This document shows, in pieces, positions 40,565 through 53,379 of a DNA stretch of 64,000 bases. The translations under genes and the position numbers were made by a program. The notes beneath the pieces were generated by a model. It made no database searches. It was not told the origin of the DNA and worked only from the letters and a program-made list of their open reading frames with translations. Each line of letters begins with the position of its first letter. The first letter of the stretch is position 1. The DNA is from Macrostomum hystrix (lineage: Eukaryota > Animalia > Platyhelminthes): contig CATNEN010000039.1 in assembly GCA_950097015.1 (NCBI GenBank), positions 5,394,001-5,458,000 on the forward strand, in the 5' to 3' direction.

Positions 40565-41482
40565 AGGGTAGAGCGGAGAGGGTAGAGCGGAGAGGGTAGA
40601 GCGGAGAGGGTAAAGCGGAGAGGGTAGAGCGGAGAGGGTAGAGCGGAGAGGGTAGAGCGGAGAGGGCAGAGCGGAGAGGGCAAAGCGGAGAGGTTAGAGG
40701 GTTGAGGGCAGAGCGGAGAGGGTAGAGCGGAGAGGGTAGAGGGTTGAGGGCAGAGCGGAGAGGGTAGAGCGGAGAGGGTAGAGGGTTGAGGGCAGAGCGG
40801 AGAGGGCAGAGCGGAGAGGGTAGAGCGGAGAGGGTAGAGCGGAGAGGGCAGAGCGGAGAGGGCAAAGCGGAGAGGTTAGAGGGTTGAGGGCAGAGCGGAG
40901 AGGGTAGAGCGGAGAGGGTAGAGGGTTGAGGGCAGAGCGGAGAGGGTAGAGCGGAGAGGGTAGAGGGTTGAGGGCAGAGCGGAGAGGGCAGAGCGGAGAG
41001 GGTAGAGCGGAGAGGGTAGAGGGTTGAGGGCAGAGCAGAGAGGGTAGAGCGGAGAGGGTAGAGGGTTGAGGGCAGAGCAGAGAGGGTAGAGCGGAGAGGG
41101 TAGAGCGGAGAGGGTAGAGGGTTGAGGGCAGAGCAGAGAGGGTAGAGCGGAGAGGGTAGAGCGGAGAGGGTAGAGTGGAGAGGGTAGAGTGGAGAGGGTA
41201 GAGCGGAGAGGGTTGAGCGGAGAGGCTAGAGCGGAGAGGGTAGAGCGGAGAGGGTAGAGCGGAGAGGCTAGAGCGGAGAGGGTAGAGCGGAGAGAGCAGA
41301 GCGGAGAGGCTAGAGCGGAGAGGCTAGAGCGGAGAGGGTAGAGCGGAGAGGGTAGAGCGGAGAGGGCAGAGCGGAGAGGGTAGAGCGGAGAGGGTAGAGC
41401 GGAGAGGCTAGAGCGGAGAGGGTAGAGCGGAGAGGGTAGAGCGGAGAGGCTAGAGCGGAGAGGGTAGAGCGGAGAGGGTAGA
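40565..41482. repeat. 14-bp repeat (GAGGGTAGAGCGGA)n
   Basis: Direct reading. Confidence 0.96.
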
Positions 41483-42001
41483 ACAGGTAGAGAGGAGAGC
41501 GAAGAGGGTGCGGGTAGAGGGGTGGAGCAAAGTGATATGGCGAGTGTTGAGTGGCTTTAGATAGACAGCCTAGTCATGCGGGTTAAGAGTCTGTTCAATT
41601 GTCAGAACGTCAACTCATTCATGCTTTACTCAATTGATAGAAGAAAAGAAAAAATTATCGTAAAAAATAATTGGTGAATTTCGTTTCATTTTATTTCGCT
41701 AGCCTGTTTTCCACATTGCAAACTTCATTCTTTAATGCGCCATTCATTCTCGCAATGCCCGTTATAAAAGCTTTCTTTCTTCGCATATTTAGGAAATTAG
41801 TTTCCTGGATTTCGCTTCGAAATACTACTGTCAGTAGTCAGGCTAAGTAGTTCTGTCAGTCTATTAAAATAAATCATGCCTGACGCAATAATGGAGCTTA
41901 GAAATAAAATTTGATTGACAACAAGTGGAGATGACTCGTTGAAATATGGACAGAAAGATAAAGTGCCCTACAGAAAGATGAAGGACACATTATTTTAATT
42001 A

Positions 42002-42048
42002 GGCTGAGAATCGAACTCACGACCTCTCGTTCTGAAGTCCGGTGCTCT
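42002..42048 (-). mobile_element. tRNA-derived SINE head fragment
   Basis: Minus strand GGACTTCAGAACGAGAGGTCGTGAGTTCGATTCTC with a B-box; resembles the head at 8140-8206. Confidence 0.45.
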
Positions 42049-42629
42049 TTCCTAACTTTCCTAAGTAAGGGGAGAGATGGAAAGATGCGATACGAACTAG
42101 TGACTCAGCTGGGGATAGGGAAAATGCCTGGGGATCCGTTTAGAGATCCCAAAAAATAGAACTGCATGGGATCTTTATCCCGCCGAAAAGTGGGAGGGCT
42201 TCGCTTTTTTCTAGCGAGTGCGGCGCGGGTATTTCTTATTATGAAGCCGGCTCTGGGGATTTCAACCATTGCTTTAGTGAGCATTAATTAGTGCATTGGT
42301 TCGAATATATCCCCTTTCTCATCTTCCCCCCTGCCCAAGTCTATCGACAAACGGCCGCGTTGGCAAAGTGGTTATTTGGAGGGGTGAGTATGGACTCATA
42401 ATTCTTAGAACTGGGTGGGGGAATCGGTTGCGGGATTAGCTATTTTGGAGGCGGGTGGGACAAATATTCCCCCGGAAATTCTGGGATGAAAAGCAGCCAG
42501 ATAGAGAGAGGGAGATGACACAGTGGATTAACAAATAATTTTATTTATGAAATATATATAACTCTGTGCAGCTTGCCATTTTCAAATAGTAAAGTTTCAA
42601 CTCGCAGCATGCCAATAGGCTCCTAGCTT

Positions 42630-43156
42630 AATCCCATGTCCTAATTATCCCAACATCATCATCCCATAGCCTCATTATCCCATAGCGTCATCATCCCATA
42701 GCCTCATTATCCCATAGCCTCATTATCCCATAGTCTCATCATCCCATAGCCTCATTGTCCCATAGCCTCATTATCCAATAGCCCCATTATCCCATAGCCC
42801 CAGCAATCCCATAGCCCCATTATCCCATAGCCCCACTATCCCATAGCCCCAACTATCCCATAGCCCCATTATCCCATTGCCTCACTATCCCATAGCCCTA
42901 ACTATTCCATAGCCTCACTATCCCATAGCCCCAACTATCCCATAGCCTCATTATCCCTTAGGCTTAGCCCAATTATCCCATTGCCTCACTATCCCATAGC
43001 CTCATTACCCCATTGCCTCATCATCCCATAGCGTAATCATCCCATAGCGTCATCATCCCATAGCCTCATTATCCCATAGTCTCACTATCCCATTGCACCA
43101 TTATCCCATAGCCCCACTATCCCATAGCCCTATTATCGCATAGCCTCATTATCCCA
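42630..43156. repeat. About 16-bp degenerate minisatellite (ATCCCATAGCCTCATT)n
   Basis: Direct reading. Confidence 0.92.
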
Positions 43157-44779
43157 AACCCAAAAATTCCTCATCAGAAAGCAATATTCGCAGTGAAAAT
43201 ATCCCAGAGCCGCAGGTCTTAAAGCAGTAGATCGCTACCACTTAGCTTAGAATCGATACGAAAATTGCCACTTTCATCTAATGGACAAGCTGGGCGGGCC
43301 TATCCTTCCATTTCCTGGATATGTCAAATAATTCCTATCGGGTCTAGGCTCCATCGATTTTCTCACGCGCTTCAAAATGACAAAGTCACACCCAGTGGCA
43401 ACCTCTGAGGAAATGTTTCAGCCAGCCTTTTATCCCCACTTTTATTTCTCTCTTCCATCTTTTACCGACTGGCGGCAAACAATGGGAAAATTGTTGCATT
43501 TCAGGGGGGAGAGAACAGGTGTCTGCAAGAGTCTGGACTATTCACCCCAAGCATTAGCCCAGCATCCACCAGCTTCCTCTAGAAGCGGCAGGACTGTCAG
43601 TCAGTCAGCTCTGAGCAGGAGTAAATTTCCTCAATTTTAGAAGCAATTTTTTGGTAGGAAACACTGGGGGGACCCTTACTCACAGGAGAGAAGAGCTTAA
43701 GGCAGTCTCACCTTTGTGCACGCCAAGCAGAACTGCCAGGCCGCTCCGCCTCTCCCCTCCGCCACAGTCCCTCTTTCTGTCTGCAGTGTGGGCATCGATT
43801 TCCAAAATGCCCTGCCAACCAGCGACCAGCGCCAGCCTCTGGGAGCAAGTCCCGCACCATTCTACCCCTTGTGGCTAGCGATACTTGTCCCTATTTCTAT
43901 ACTGCCAATTCATTTCGTTCTCATCCTCCCTTCATAGGTTTTGCTGGATTGCCGGAAAAAATGCCGCATACTTTCCTGTTCCCAAACTGGCTGCACTGAC
44001 GTGTCTCTGCCCCCCCCCATTGCAAGCATCCGTGAACTGCACTTTGTTTGATTGCTTGTCACCTCCTTGCCGGTGATAACAGGCGCAGTGTAGTTCGATA
44101 ATTAATTTTTACCTATCAACCGCTTTCCCCGCCTCCCTTCTGTTCCCTGCTTCCTGCCGAAAAATTGTCGCTTTTCCACGGCCGTCGCCAATATTCCCAT
44201 GCCTCCCCAAGTCCTTTCCTCTCCTCTTCCAAATTTATCCCAAACTGAGCCCAACTCTGTTCTGTTTGGAGGAAGCGGGGCAAGCTGCATCTGTCCTGAC
44301 TCCGCATCTGTTTCTCTCCCGCCTCAGAGCGGCCCATTGTTTTCAGCTACCAAGGGCAGCCTCACTCCACCAACCAGGCCCTGCCAAGCCAGCTGGGTCT
44401 GCTGCTTTGGCGGCTGGCCACCCCACTCCACCCCACCCCCAACAACCCAGTGACATCTCTACTCCACCCGTTCAATCCAAACTCATAGGCTTAAAACACT
44501 GCTCAAAACTGTTCTCACGTCTCTGCCTTCCTCTCTCTCTGTCTCTCGCTCCCTGTCTGCGGCTGGCCACCCACCCCGACTCCAGCTCCCCAAAGCCAGC
44601 GCGCCACCACCCCCACCGCCAGCGGTGTTTCAGGCAAAAAGGGTCTCCTCTGTCAATCCTCCTCGTAGAGCCGGTTTTAAAAGGGCCCAGAAAATTCTTG
44701 CCTACCCTGCACCCACCACCCAGCCTGGTATCCGCGCGCCATCCGACAATTCAGCTTTGCTCCCCTTCCAGCAGCAACA

Positions 44780-45139
44780 ATGTCCGCCTATTTGTCATCA
44801 ACTTCCGCAGCCGCTTTTGATGCGGCCGCAGCGGCAGCCGCCGCCGCTGCCGCCGCAGCCTCTGTCGCCGCCGTCTCGATGCCGCCTCAGGGTAGCTCGG
44901 CTTCGGTGATGTCGCCAGCAGGAGCTGCCGCTGCGGCAGCCGCAGCCGCCGCAGCTGCCGCCGCAAATCCAATGAACAGCCAGATGTTCTCATACGGCTT
45001 TCCTGGGCTGCAGCAGCAACAGCAGCAGCAGCAGCCAAGTTTGCATCCGCAGATGCAGCTGAACCCCTTCATGTACTTTCCTGGCCAGCAGCAGCTGCAG
45101 CAGCAGCAGCAGTCGCAGCACTCAGGCAGTCAACTCAAG
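44780..45139 (+). CDS. PTBP: PTB coding exon 1 (polyA/polyQ N-terminus, ends ...GSQLK)
   Basis: ACAATG start, AAG|GTGATT donor; K|RG junction as in the vertebrate KRGSDEL motif. Confidence 0.75.
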
Positions 45140-48100
45140 GTGATTAACTCTAACGATGGTTAATTGTTCATTACGAACTGCTCGATTAGTCAATTTCGCG
45201 GGTATAAAAGGCAAATATACACAACGCGCTGGAACAGAAATGAATACATAATTTTTTTTAGTCTGTCACCTGCAAAAATACGACAGCAACCTTTTGAGTC
45301 TCTGTCTGTGTCTCTAGCCCGTTTGTCTGTCTATTCAGCCTCTCAGTTATCGTTTAACAAATGTTTAACTACCGCGTGCAATGTATGCATATATATATAG
45401 ATCGTATATATTTATAAGTAGCTCACATAATTTTTTTGCATGAATTTTGAGCTAGAGAAGAATTATCTCCAAGTCTAGATATCTGCATATCTCGTCCGCA
45501 TCTTCAGCGCGGTCCCGCTGACGACATTCAGGCTGGCGGACCGAACGGCCATGGCGGCACTGGTGGTGTCGGCGGCGGCCTTAATCATCAGCACGGATGC
45601 CACGGGATTGGCAGTCCGATGGAGAGCCTGGACATCACCGACGCCAAGAAGGTTCAAGAGCTTTCGAGGGATGCATTTCTTAGAAAGAAATCTTGCCCAC
45701 TGGAAACAATAACCACCCATCCGCCCCTATCCGCCCTATCGGGCCATCATCCGCCCATCACCAGCCCCTATCCACCCATCACCCGCCCCCATCCGCCCAT
45801 CACTCGCCCCAATCCGCACATCATCCACCTCCCTCCGCGTCCCCTTAGGCCTATTTTCCGCCCCTATCCGCCCATCATCCGCTCCCATGCGCTCATCATC
45901 CGCCCCCATCCGCCCCCTTGGGCCCATCTTCCGTCTCCCATCCGCTCATCATCTGTTGCCAACTCGCTTCTGATCCGCCCCGCCAGGTCCGCCTGGAGTC
46001 GTCGCACGCGCCCGAGCCGTCGCCATCGCGAGTGCTACACATCCGCAATGTGCCACAGGAGTCCACCGAGAATGACATTGTGCAGCTGGGAGTGCCATTC
46101 GGCTACATGACCAACATGGTGCTGGCCAAGAAGAAGAATCAGGTGAGCGCTCTGCCCCACAGGCTTCCACTCTGCCCCACACCACTTCCCTACCCAAGAA
46201 CACACCACTCCACTCACCTAGAACACACCACTCCCCTCACCTATAACAGCCTCACTCACCCTAGAACAGCCTCACTCACCCTAGAACAGCCTCACTCACC
46301 CTAGAACAGCCTCACTCACCCTAGAACAGCCTCACTCACCCTAGAACAGCCTCACTCACCCTAGAACACCCTCACTCACCCTAGAACACCCTCACTCACC
46401 CTATAACAGCCTCACTTAGTCTAGAACAGCCTCACTCACCCTAGAACAGCCTCACTCACCCTAGAACAGCCTCACTCACCCTAGAACAGCCTCACTCACC
46501 CTAGAACAGCCTCACTCACCCTAGAACAGCCTCACTCACCCTAGAACAGCCTCACTCACCCTAGAACAGCCTCACTCACCCTAGAACAGCCTCACTCACC
46601 CTAGAACAGCCTCACTCACTCTAAAACAGCCTCACTCACCCTAGAACAGCCTCACTCACCCTAGAACAGCCTCACTCACCCTAGAACAGCCTCACTCACC
46701 CTAGAACAGCCTCACTCACCCTAGAACAGCCTCACTCACCCTAGAACAGCCTCACTCACCCTAGAACAGCCTCACTCACCCTAGAACAGCCTCACTCACC
46801 CTAGAACAGCCTCGCACCACAGCCTCACTCACCCTAGAACAGCCTCGCACCACAGCCTCACTCACCCTAGAACAGCCTCACTCACCCTAGAACAGCCTCG
46901 CACCACAGCCTCACTCACCCTAGAACAGCCTCACTCACCCTAGAACAGCCTCACTCACCCTAGAACAGCCTCACTCACCCTAGAACAGCCTCACTCACCC
47001 TAGAACAGCCTCACTCACTCTAAAACAGCCTCACTCACCCTAGAACAGCCTCACTCACCCTAGAACAGCCTCACTCACCCTAGAACAGCCTCACTCACCC
47101 TAGAACAGCCTCACTCACCCTAGAACAGCCTCACTCACCCTAGAACAGCCTCACTCACCCTAGAACAGCCTCACTCACCCTAGAACAGCCTCACTCACCC
47201 TAGAACAGCCTCACTCACCCTAGAACAGCCTCACTCACCCTAGAACAGCCTCGCACCACAGCCTCACTCACCCTAGAACAGCCTCGCACCACAGCCTCAC
47301 TCACCCTAGAACAGCCTCACTCACCCTAGAACAGCCTCGCACCACAGCCTCACTCACCCTAGAACAGCCTCACTCACCCTAGAACAGCCTCACTCACCCT
47401 AGAACAGCCTCACTCACCCTAGAACAGCCTCACTCACCCTAGAACAGCCTCACTCACTCTAAAACAGCCTCACTCACCCTAGAACAGCCTCACTCACCCT
47501 AGAACAGCCTCACTCACCCTAGAACAGCCTCACTCACCCTAGAACAGCCTCACTCACCCTAGAACAGCCTCACTCACCCTAGAACAGCCTCGCACCACAG
47601 CCTCACTCACCCTAGAACAGCCTCGCACCACAGCCTCACTCACCCTAGAACAGCCTCACTCACCCTAGAACAGCCTCGCACCACAGCCTCACTCACCCTA
47701 GAACAGCCTCACTCACCCTAGAACAGCCTCACTCACCCTAGAACAGCCTCACTCACCCTAGAACAGCCTCACTCACCCTAGAACAGCCTCACTCACTCTA
47801 AAACAGCCTCACTCACCCTAGAACAGCCTCACTCACCCTAGAACAGCCTCACTCACCCTAGAACAGCCTCACTCACCCTAGAACAGCCTCACTCACCCTA
47901 GAACAGCCTCACTCACCCTAGAACAGCCTCACTCACCCTAGAACAGCCTCACTCACCCTATAACAGCCTCACTTAGTCTAGAACAGCCTCACTCACCCTA
48001 GAACAGCCTCACTCACCCTAGAACAGCCTCACTCACCCTAGAACAGCCTCACTCACCCTAGAACAGCCTCACTCACCCTAGAACAGCCTCACTCACCCTA

Positions 48101-51030
48101 GAACAGCCTCACTCACCCTAGAACAGCCTCACTCACCCTAACAAAAAGCAAAGCCGCATTCTCTATGCAGGATTTTCAATCATAAACGAAAAATGCCTTT
48201 TTATATAATAATATTTTAGATGATGAAACCGCAGAGATTCAAAATTTATGGGTGTGGCTTAGCCCATGTTTCTTCCTCTCTCTTCCCTCCCGTCTTATCC
48301 CCATCGGTCTCCAATGAGAAAAGCAAGCAGGAAAATAAAAATCTCAATGATTCAAGCCAGGCACGCATGCCAGGCAGTGAGCACACTATTCTACAGTGCT
48401 CAGCATTTTTTATCAGTATCTGAGCAGATTAGCAATGAATTTCAGCAATCGATAGCTGTGCTGAGTGGACTGGTTGGCCATGGTTGAGCAGCCACAATGG
48501 ACACACCTGCTGCTAGGCTAGAATGACACAATAGCTTCCCTCTATAGCCGATTATTTGTTATAACTGAAAGAATTGGAGAATGGGAAGGCTGCAGTTTTC
48601 TGTTTGCTCAGCCACCAAATACTGCGCTCCGGCTTTCTGTTGGTTTCAATTCCGGGCTGGGTGACTGGCGGGCGGGAGGAGGCTCATTCTAGGAAAGCAG
48701 ATACTCCTAGAGCTCACGTTTGGGACCCACAGGTATGCCAGCACTGGAATTCGCAATCGAGACAGCTTTTTCTGCTTTTACTAGAATTGATGATTTCTCC
48801 TCCAGACACGTCAAGCCAGCTTTTTTATCTCATCACCAATAAACAGAAATTTTCCACCGACCCAACATCCGTGGGGACAGGAATGCGACTGAAATATAGA
48901 CAGGCAGACACGAAAACAATTCACTTCTGCTGCTGCTGCTGCTGCAAATCCTCAAATCTAGAGTGCTGACAATTATCATCGAAGCCATCGAAGCAGCGCT
49001 GCGAGAATCCTTGAGATCACAAAAGTTAGGAGAGACACGGTATATTGTTGGCTGATGCAGCAGCAGTCGAGGGGGAGCTGGCTGGTTGGCACTCTGAGCA
49101 CTGAGCAGTACCTGAGCCAGAACGCTCACAACCCCACCTCCGCTCTCAGTCCTCTGTCTCTGTCTGTCTCGCTCTTGACACTGAAGCAAAAAAGCACCCC
49201 TTTGTTTCCGAAAGCCCCGTCAGCCTAAAAGCATTGTTCCATGCCAGAACTGATGGGGGAGGGAAGGAGGTACGCATTGGTCTGGGACCAGTGTAACTTC
49301 TAGCTGGCTGGCTCTTAACATTATTCCTATCTTTCAGTTTCCCTTCCGCTGGTAGTGGGGAGTGGAGTACAGCCAGCGCTCACCTCACCAGCGCTCTCAG
49401 CCCCCCCCACCGGCAGGAGAGGAGACGGCAGATGCTCGACTCTGGGAAAAAAACAGAGAGAGACCCCAGCAGATGGGAAGAGAAACGAGGACTGGGGGGG
49501 AGAAATGTTTGCTAAAGCATCGAATCCCATTCTGCCTGGGCGCAGAGCCGGTGCCACACTTCCTGAGCAGTTCAGGGCGAGTTGGAACAAAAGCCATCAG
49601 CCCAGGCCGACTCAAACTGCCACGCAAGCTCTCCGCTGAGCAAACAAAGGCCCCGCAGGCAAGGCTTTCCACATCGGGCCCAATGAAGCGATGCGGAGCG
49701 GCCCAGATGTTGCCCGCCCTGAGCTGCTCAGCGTTGTGTAGTGGGGACAGAAACGGAAAGCATATTTCTTTTAGCGCATTGCTGCTCAGCACCACAGCTC
49801 AGGCGAAGCCGGTGGGGATCCAGTTTATAGCTTCATCAGTGCAACGAGTCGTCATTCTTTAAATCCGGGCTGAAAGCACTGAATGCGTTTACTTCTTTTT
49901 TTCATATTTTTCTGTTTGCTTTTCGTTTTGGTCTCCGTCATTGCCCAAATGAAACTCTACCCCACCCATTTAGACCTATTTTTATTACAATTCTCTCTTT
50001 TACAGAGGTACCGTCTCTTTTATCTCTTTTATCGTTTCCCCTATGTCACTCACAGCTTCCCCCGTGTCACTCACAGTTTCCGCTCTTTCACTCACAGCTT
50101 CCGCCATGTCACTCACAGTTTCCGCTCTTTCACTCACAGTTTCCCCCATGTCACTCACAGCTTCCCCCGTGTCACTCACAGTTTCCGCTCTTTCACTCAC
50201 AGTTTCCTCCATGTCACTCACAGTTTCCTCCATGTCACTCACAGTTTCCGCTCTTTCACTCACAGTTTCCTCCATGTCACTCACAGTTTCCGCTCTTTCA
50301 CTCCCAGTTTCCGCTCTTTCACTCACAGTTTCCGCTCTTTCACTCACAGTTTCCGCTCTTTCACTCACAGTTTCCGCTCTTTCACTCACAGTTTCCGCTC
50401 TTTCACTCACAGTTTCCGCTCTTTCACTCACAGTTTCCGCTCTTTCACTCACAGTTTCCGCTCTTTCACTCACAGTTTCCGCTCTTTCACTCACAGTTTC
50501 CGCTCTTTCACTCACAGTTTCCGCTCTCTACCCTAGCAACTCCGCTCCTCTCCCTCACAATCCTCTAACTGCATATTCCCCGATAAATTCCGTCGAATTT
50601 CCCAGGCCCTGCTGGAAATGAAGACCCAGGAGGCTGCCACGAAGATGATCGAATACTATAGCCAGCATCCGGCCAGTATTCGCGGTCGAACCATCATCAT
50701 TCAGTACTCAAACCATCCCGAGCTGAAGACTGAGCAGCCGGTGAGTGACTGACTGACTGATTAATTGCTTGATTGATTGATGGTTGATTGCTTGTTTAAT
50801 TGGTCGATTGATTGATTGATGGATTGATTGATTGCTTGATTAATTAATTCGTTGATTGAGTGATTCGTCAATCGATCATCAAAATTGATGATCGATTGAT
50901 TGCTTGATTGAGGATTGATTGTTCGATTGATTGATTGATTGGTTGATTGATTGCTTGATTGAGGATTGATGATCGATTGATTGCTTGATTGAGGATTGAT
51001 GATCGATTGATTGCTTGATTGCTTGATTGC

Positions 51031-51069
<39 letters not shown>

Positions 51070-51154
51070 AGGATTGATTGTTCGATTGATTGCTTGATTG
51101 ATTGATTGATGATCGATTGATTGCTTGATTGAGGATTGATGATCGATTGATTGC

Positions 51155-51197
<43 letters not shown>

Positions 51198-53342
51198 AGG
51201 ATTGATTGTTCGATTGATTGCTTGATTGGGGATTGATGATCGATTGATTGCTTGATTGAGGATTGATGATCGATTGATTGCTTGATTGATTGATTGTTTG
51301 ATTGATTGATCGATCGATTGATTGATTGCTTGATTAATTAATTAATTGATTTCTACGCTGCAGAACGCCGCAGCTGACAACGCCGTCAGCTCTGCCAACG
51401 GCCTCGTCACCGCCTACGAGCAAGAGGAACCGCCGCCGGTTCTGCGGGTCATTGTGGAGAACCTCATCGCGCCAGTCACCATCGAGGTGCTGCACAAGGT
51501 GAGTGAGCCGCTTCATAGATAGATAGATATTTTTATGAGCCCACTTCGCTAGCAGCTAATCGCATTTCCATTGCCTCAATTTCATTGGCTTGCAGATATT
51601 CTCTCGGTTCGGAGCCGTCCAAAAGATTGTGATCTTCAGCAAGAACAGTGAGTAGTTCTCCACTGCTCTGAGCTACTCTGAGCTTTTCGGAGTCTGAGGC
51701 TATACCCACACCTCAATCTTCAACGTTCCCGGGCAAGAGTAGGGGAACAAAATTAAATTTCCTCCGAAAGTAAATCCCCACTCTTTTCATCCTCCCAGGA
51801 TCGCATGGCCAGCGTTGCTTGAGTTTTTGTTGTGTGTATTGCAATATCTCCGCAGTCTAATACTCAAGCTCACCCAGCTTGGGCCTCTTGTGAAAAGGAA
51901 TAGCCTTCAGGCGAGAGCGGGCTCTAATGTCATTTCTGGCCCCACAAACCCTTTCTCCTTCTACACTCTTTTTCTCTCTGCAAGAGGCAAATTGCAATTA
52001 CAGCGCACAGAGCTCAGTGGGTTTGCTTTCCATGCTGAGCCAGGAAAGATGAAGATTTTAATTAAAATTATCACTTTTTATTTTGAAATTTCCCGCGCAC
52101 ATCCTTCCTCACCTGGCAGACACGTTCCAGGCACTCATCCAGATGGGCAGCTCAACTGAGGCCCTGACTGCTAAGCTGGTGAGCCGGTGGCAGAGGCAGG
52201 AAGGCGATGGGAAACGGGATGGGATGGGAAACGGGATTGGATGGGAAACGGGATGGGATGGGAAACGGGATGGGATGGGAAACGGGATGGGATGGGAAAC
52301 GGGATGGGATGGGAAACGGGATGGGATGGGAAACGGGATGGGATGGGAAACGGGATGGGATGGGAAACGGAATGGGATGGGAAACGGGATGGGATGGGAA
52401 ACGGGATGGGATGGGAAACGGGATGGGAAACTGGACGGAAAAAAGGATGGGGAAACTGGATGAGAAACTGGATGGGAAACTGGATGAGAAACTGGATGGG
52501 AAACTGGATGAGAAACTGGATGGGAAACTGGATGAGAAACTGGATGGGAAACTGGATGAGAAACTGGATGGGAAACTGGATGAGAAACTGGATGGGGAAA
52601 AAAGGATGGGGAAACTGGATGGGAAACTGGATGGGAAACTGGATGAGAAACTGGATGAGAAACTGGATGGGAAACTGGATGGAAAACTGGATGAGAAACT
52701 GGATGGGAAACTGGATGAGAAACTGGATGGGAAACTGGATGAGAAACTGGATGGGGGAAAAAGGATGGGAACGCAAATAGCAAGCAGAATTATTTGGAAA
52801 TAGGTTGGGAAATGGGATGGAAAACGGGATTGAGATATTTTGAAAATAGGGAATGGGATGGAAAATGGAAGGGGATGAGAGTAGGAAACGGAATATTGAT
52901 GGAAAATGGTGTGGGATTGGCAATTGGATGGGAACTGGGTTGGGAAATGAGTGAGAAAGGTATAAAGATAAATCAGATGGGGAATGAACGACCGCGACTG
53001 GAAATGAGAGATGTGGATGGGATGGGATGTGTTAGATGACTCAGGAACAGTTTCAGAATGCCAAATCGTTTGCAACAAAACGGGACTCCTTTCAGATCCT
53101 GAACGACCAGAACATTTACAACGGCTGCTGCACTCTGCGCATTGACTTCAGCAAGCTCAGCAACCTGAACGTCAAGTTCAACAACGACAAGAGCCGCGAC
53201 TTCACTGTGGCCCGCGCCCCTGGCGACTTCCCGTTCGCCTATTTTGATCCCAATCTGGCGCCTCATCTGGGTGAGATTTCTTGGAATACGAATCTACAGA
53301 TTATTGTAGACCAAAGAATCTGTGCTCATATGAGTATGAGTA

Positions 53343-53379
<37 letters not shown>

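Noticed and set aside
310-40865. Long ORFs such as 725..1738, 19893..21254, 21716..23524, 21763..23646, 27596..28891, 32406..33575, 38747..39883
   Set aside because: Periodic translations of tandem repeats, often open in several frames or both strands, with no domain content
9031-43156. CRISPR-like repeat/spacer reading of the alternating pattern
   Set aside because: Units are directly tandem without unique 30-40-nt spacers, each array differs, no cas genes, eukaryotic context
45619-46110. 163-aa ORF
   Set aside because: End of PTB exon 2 reading into intron 2 and out of frame through exon 3
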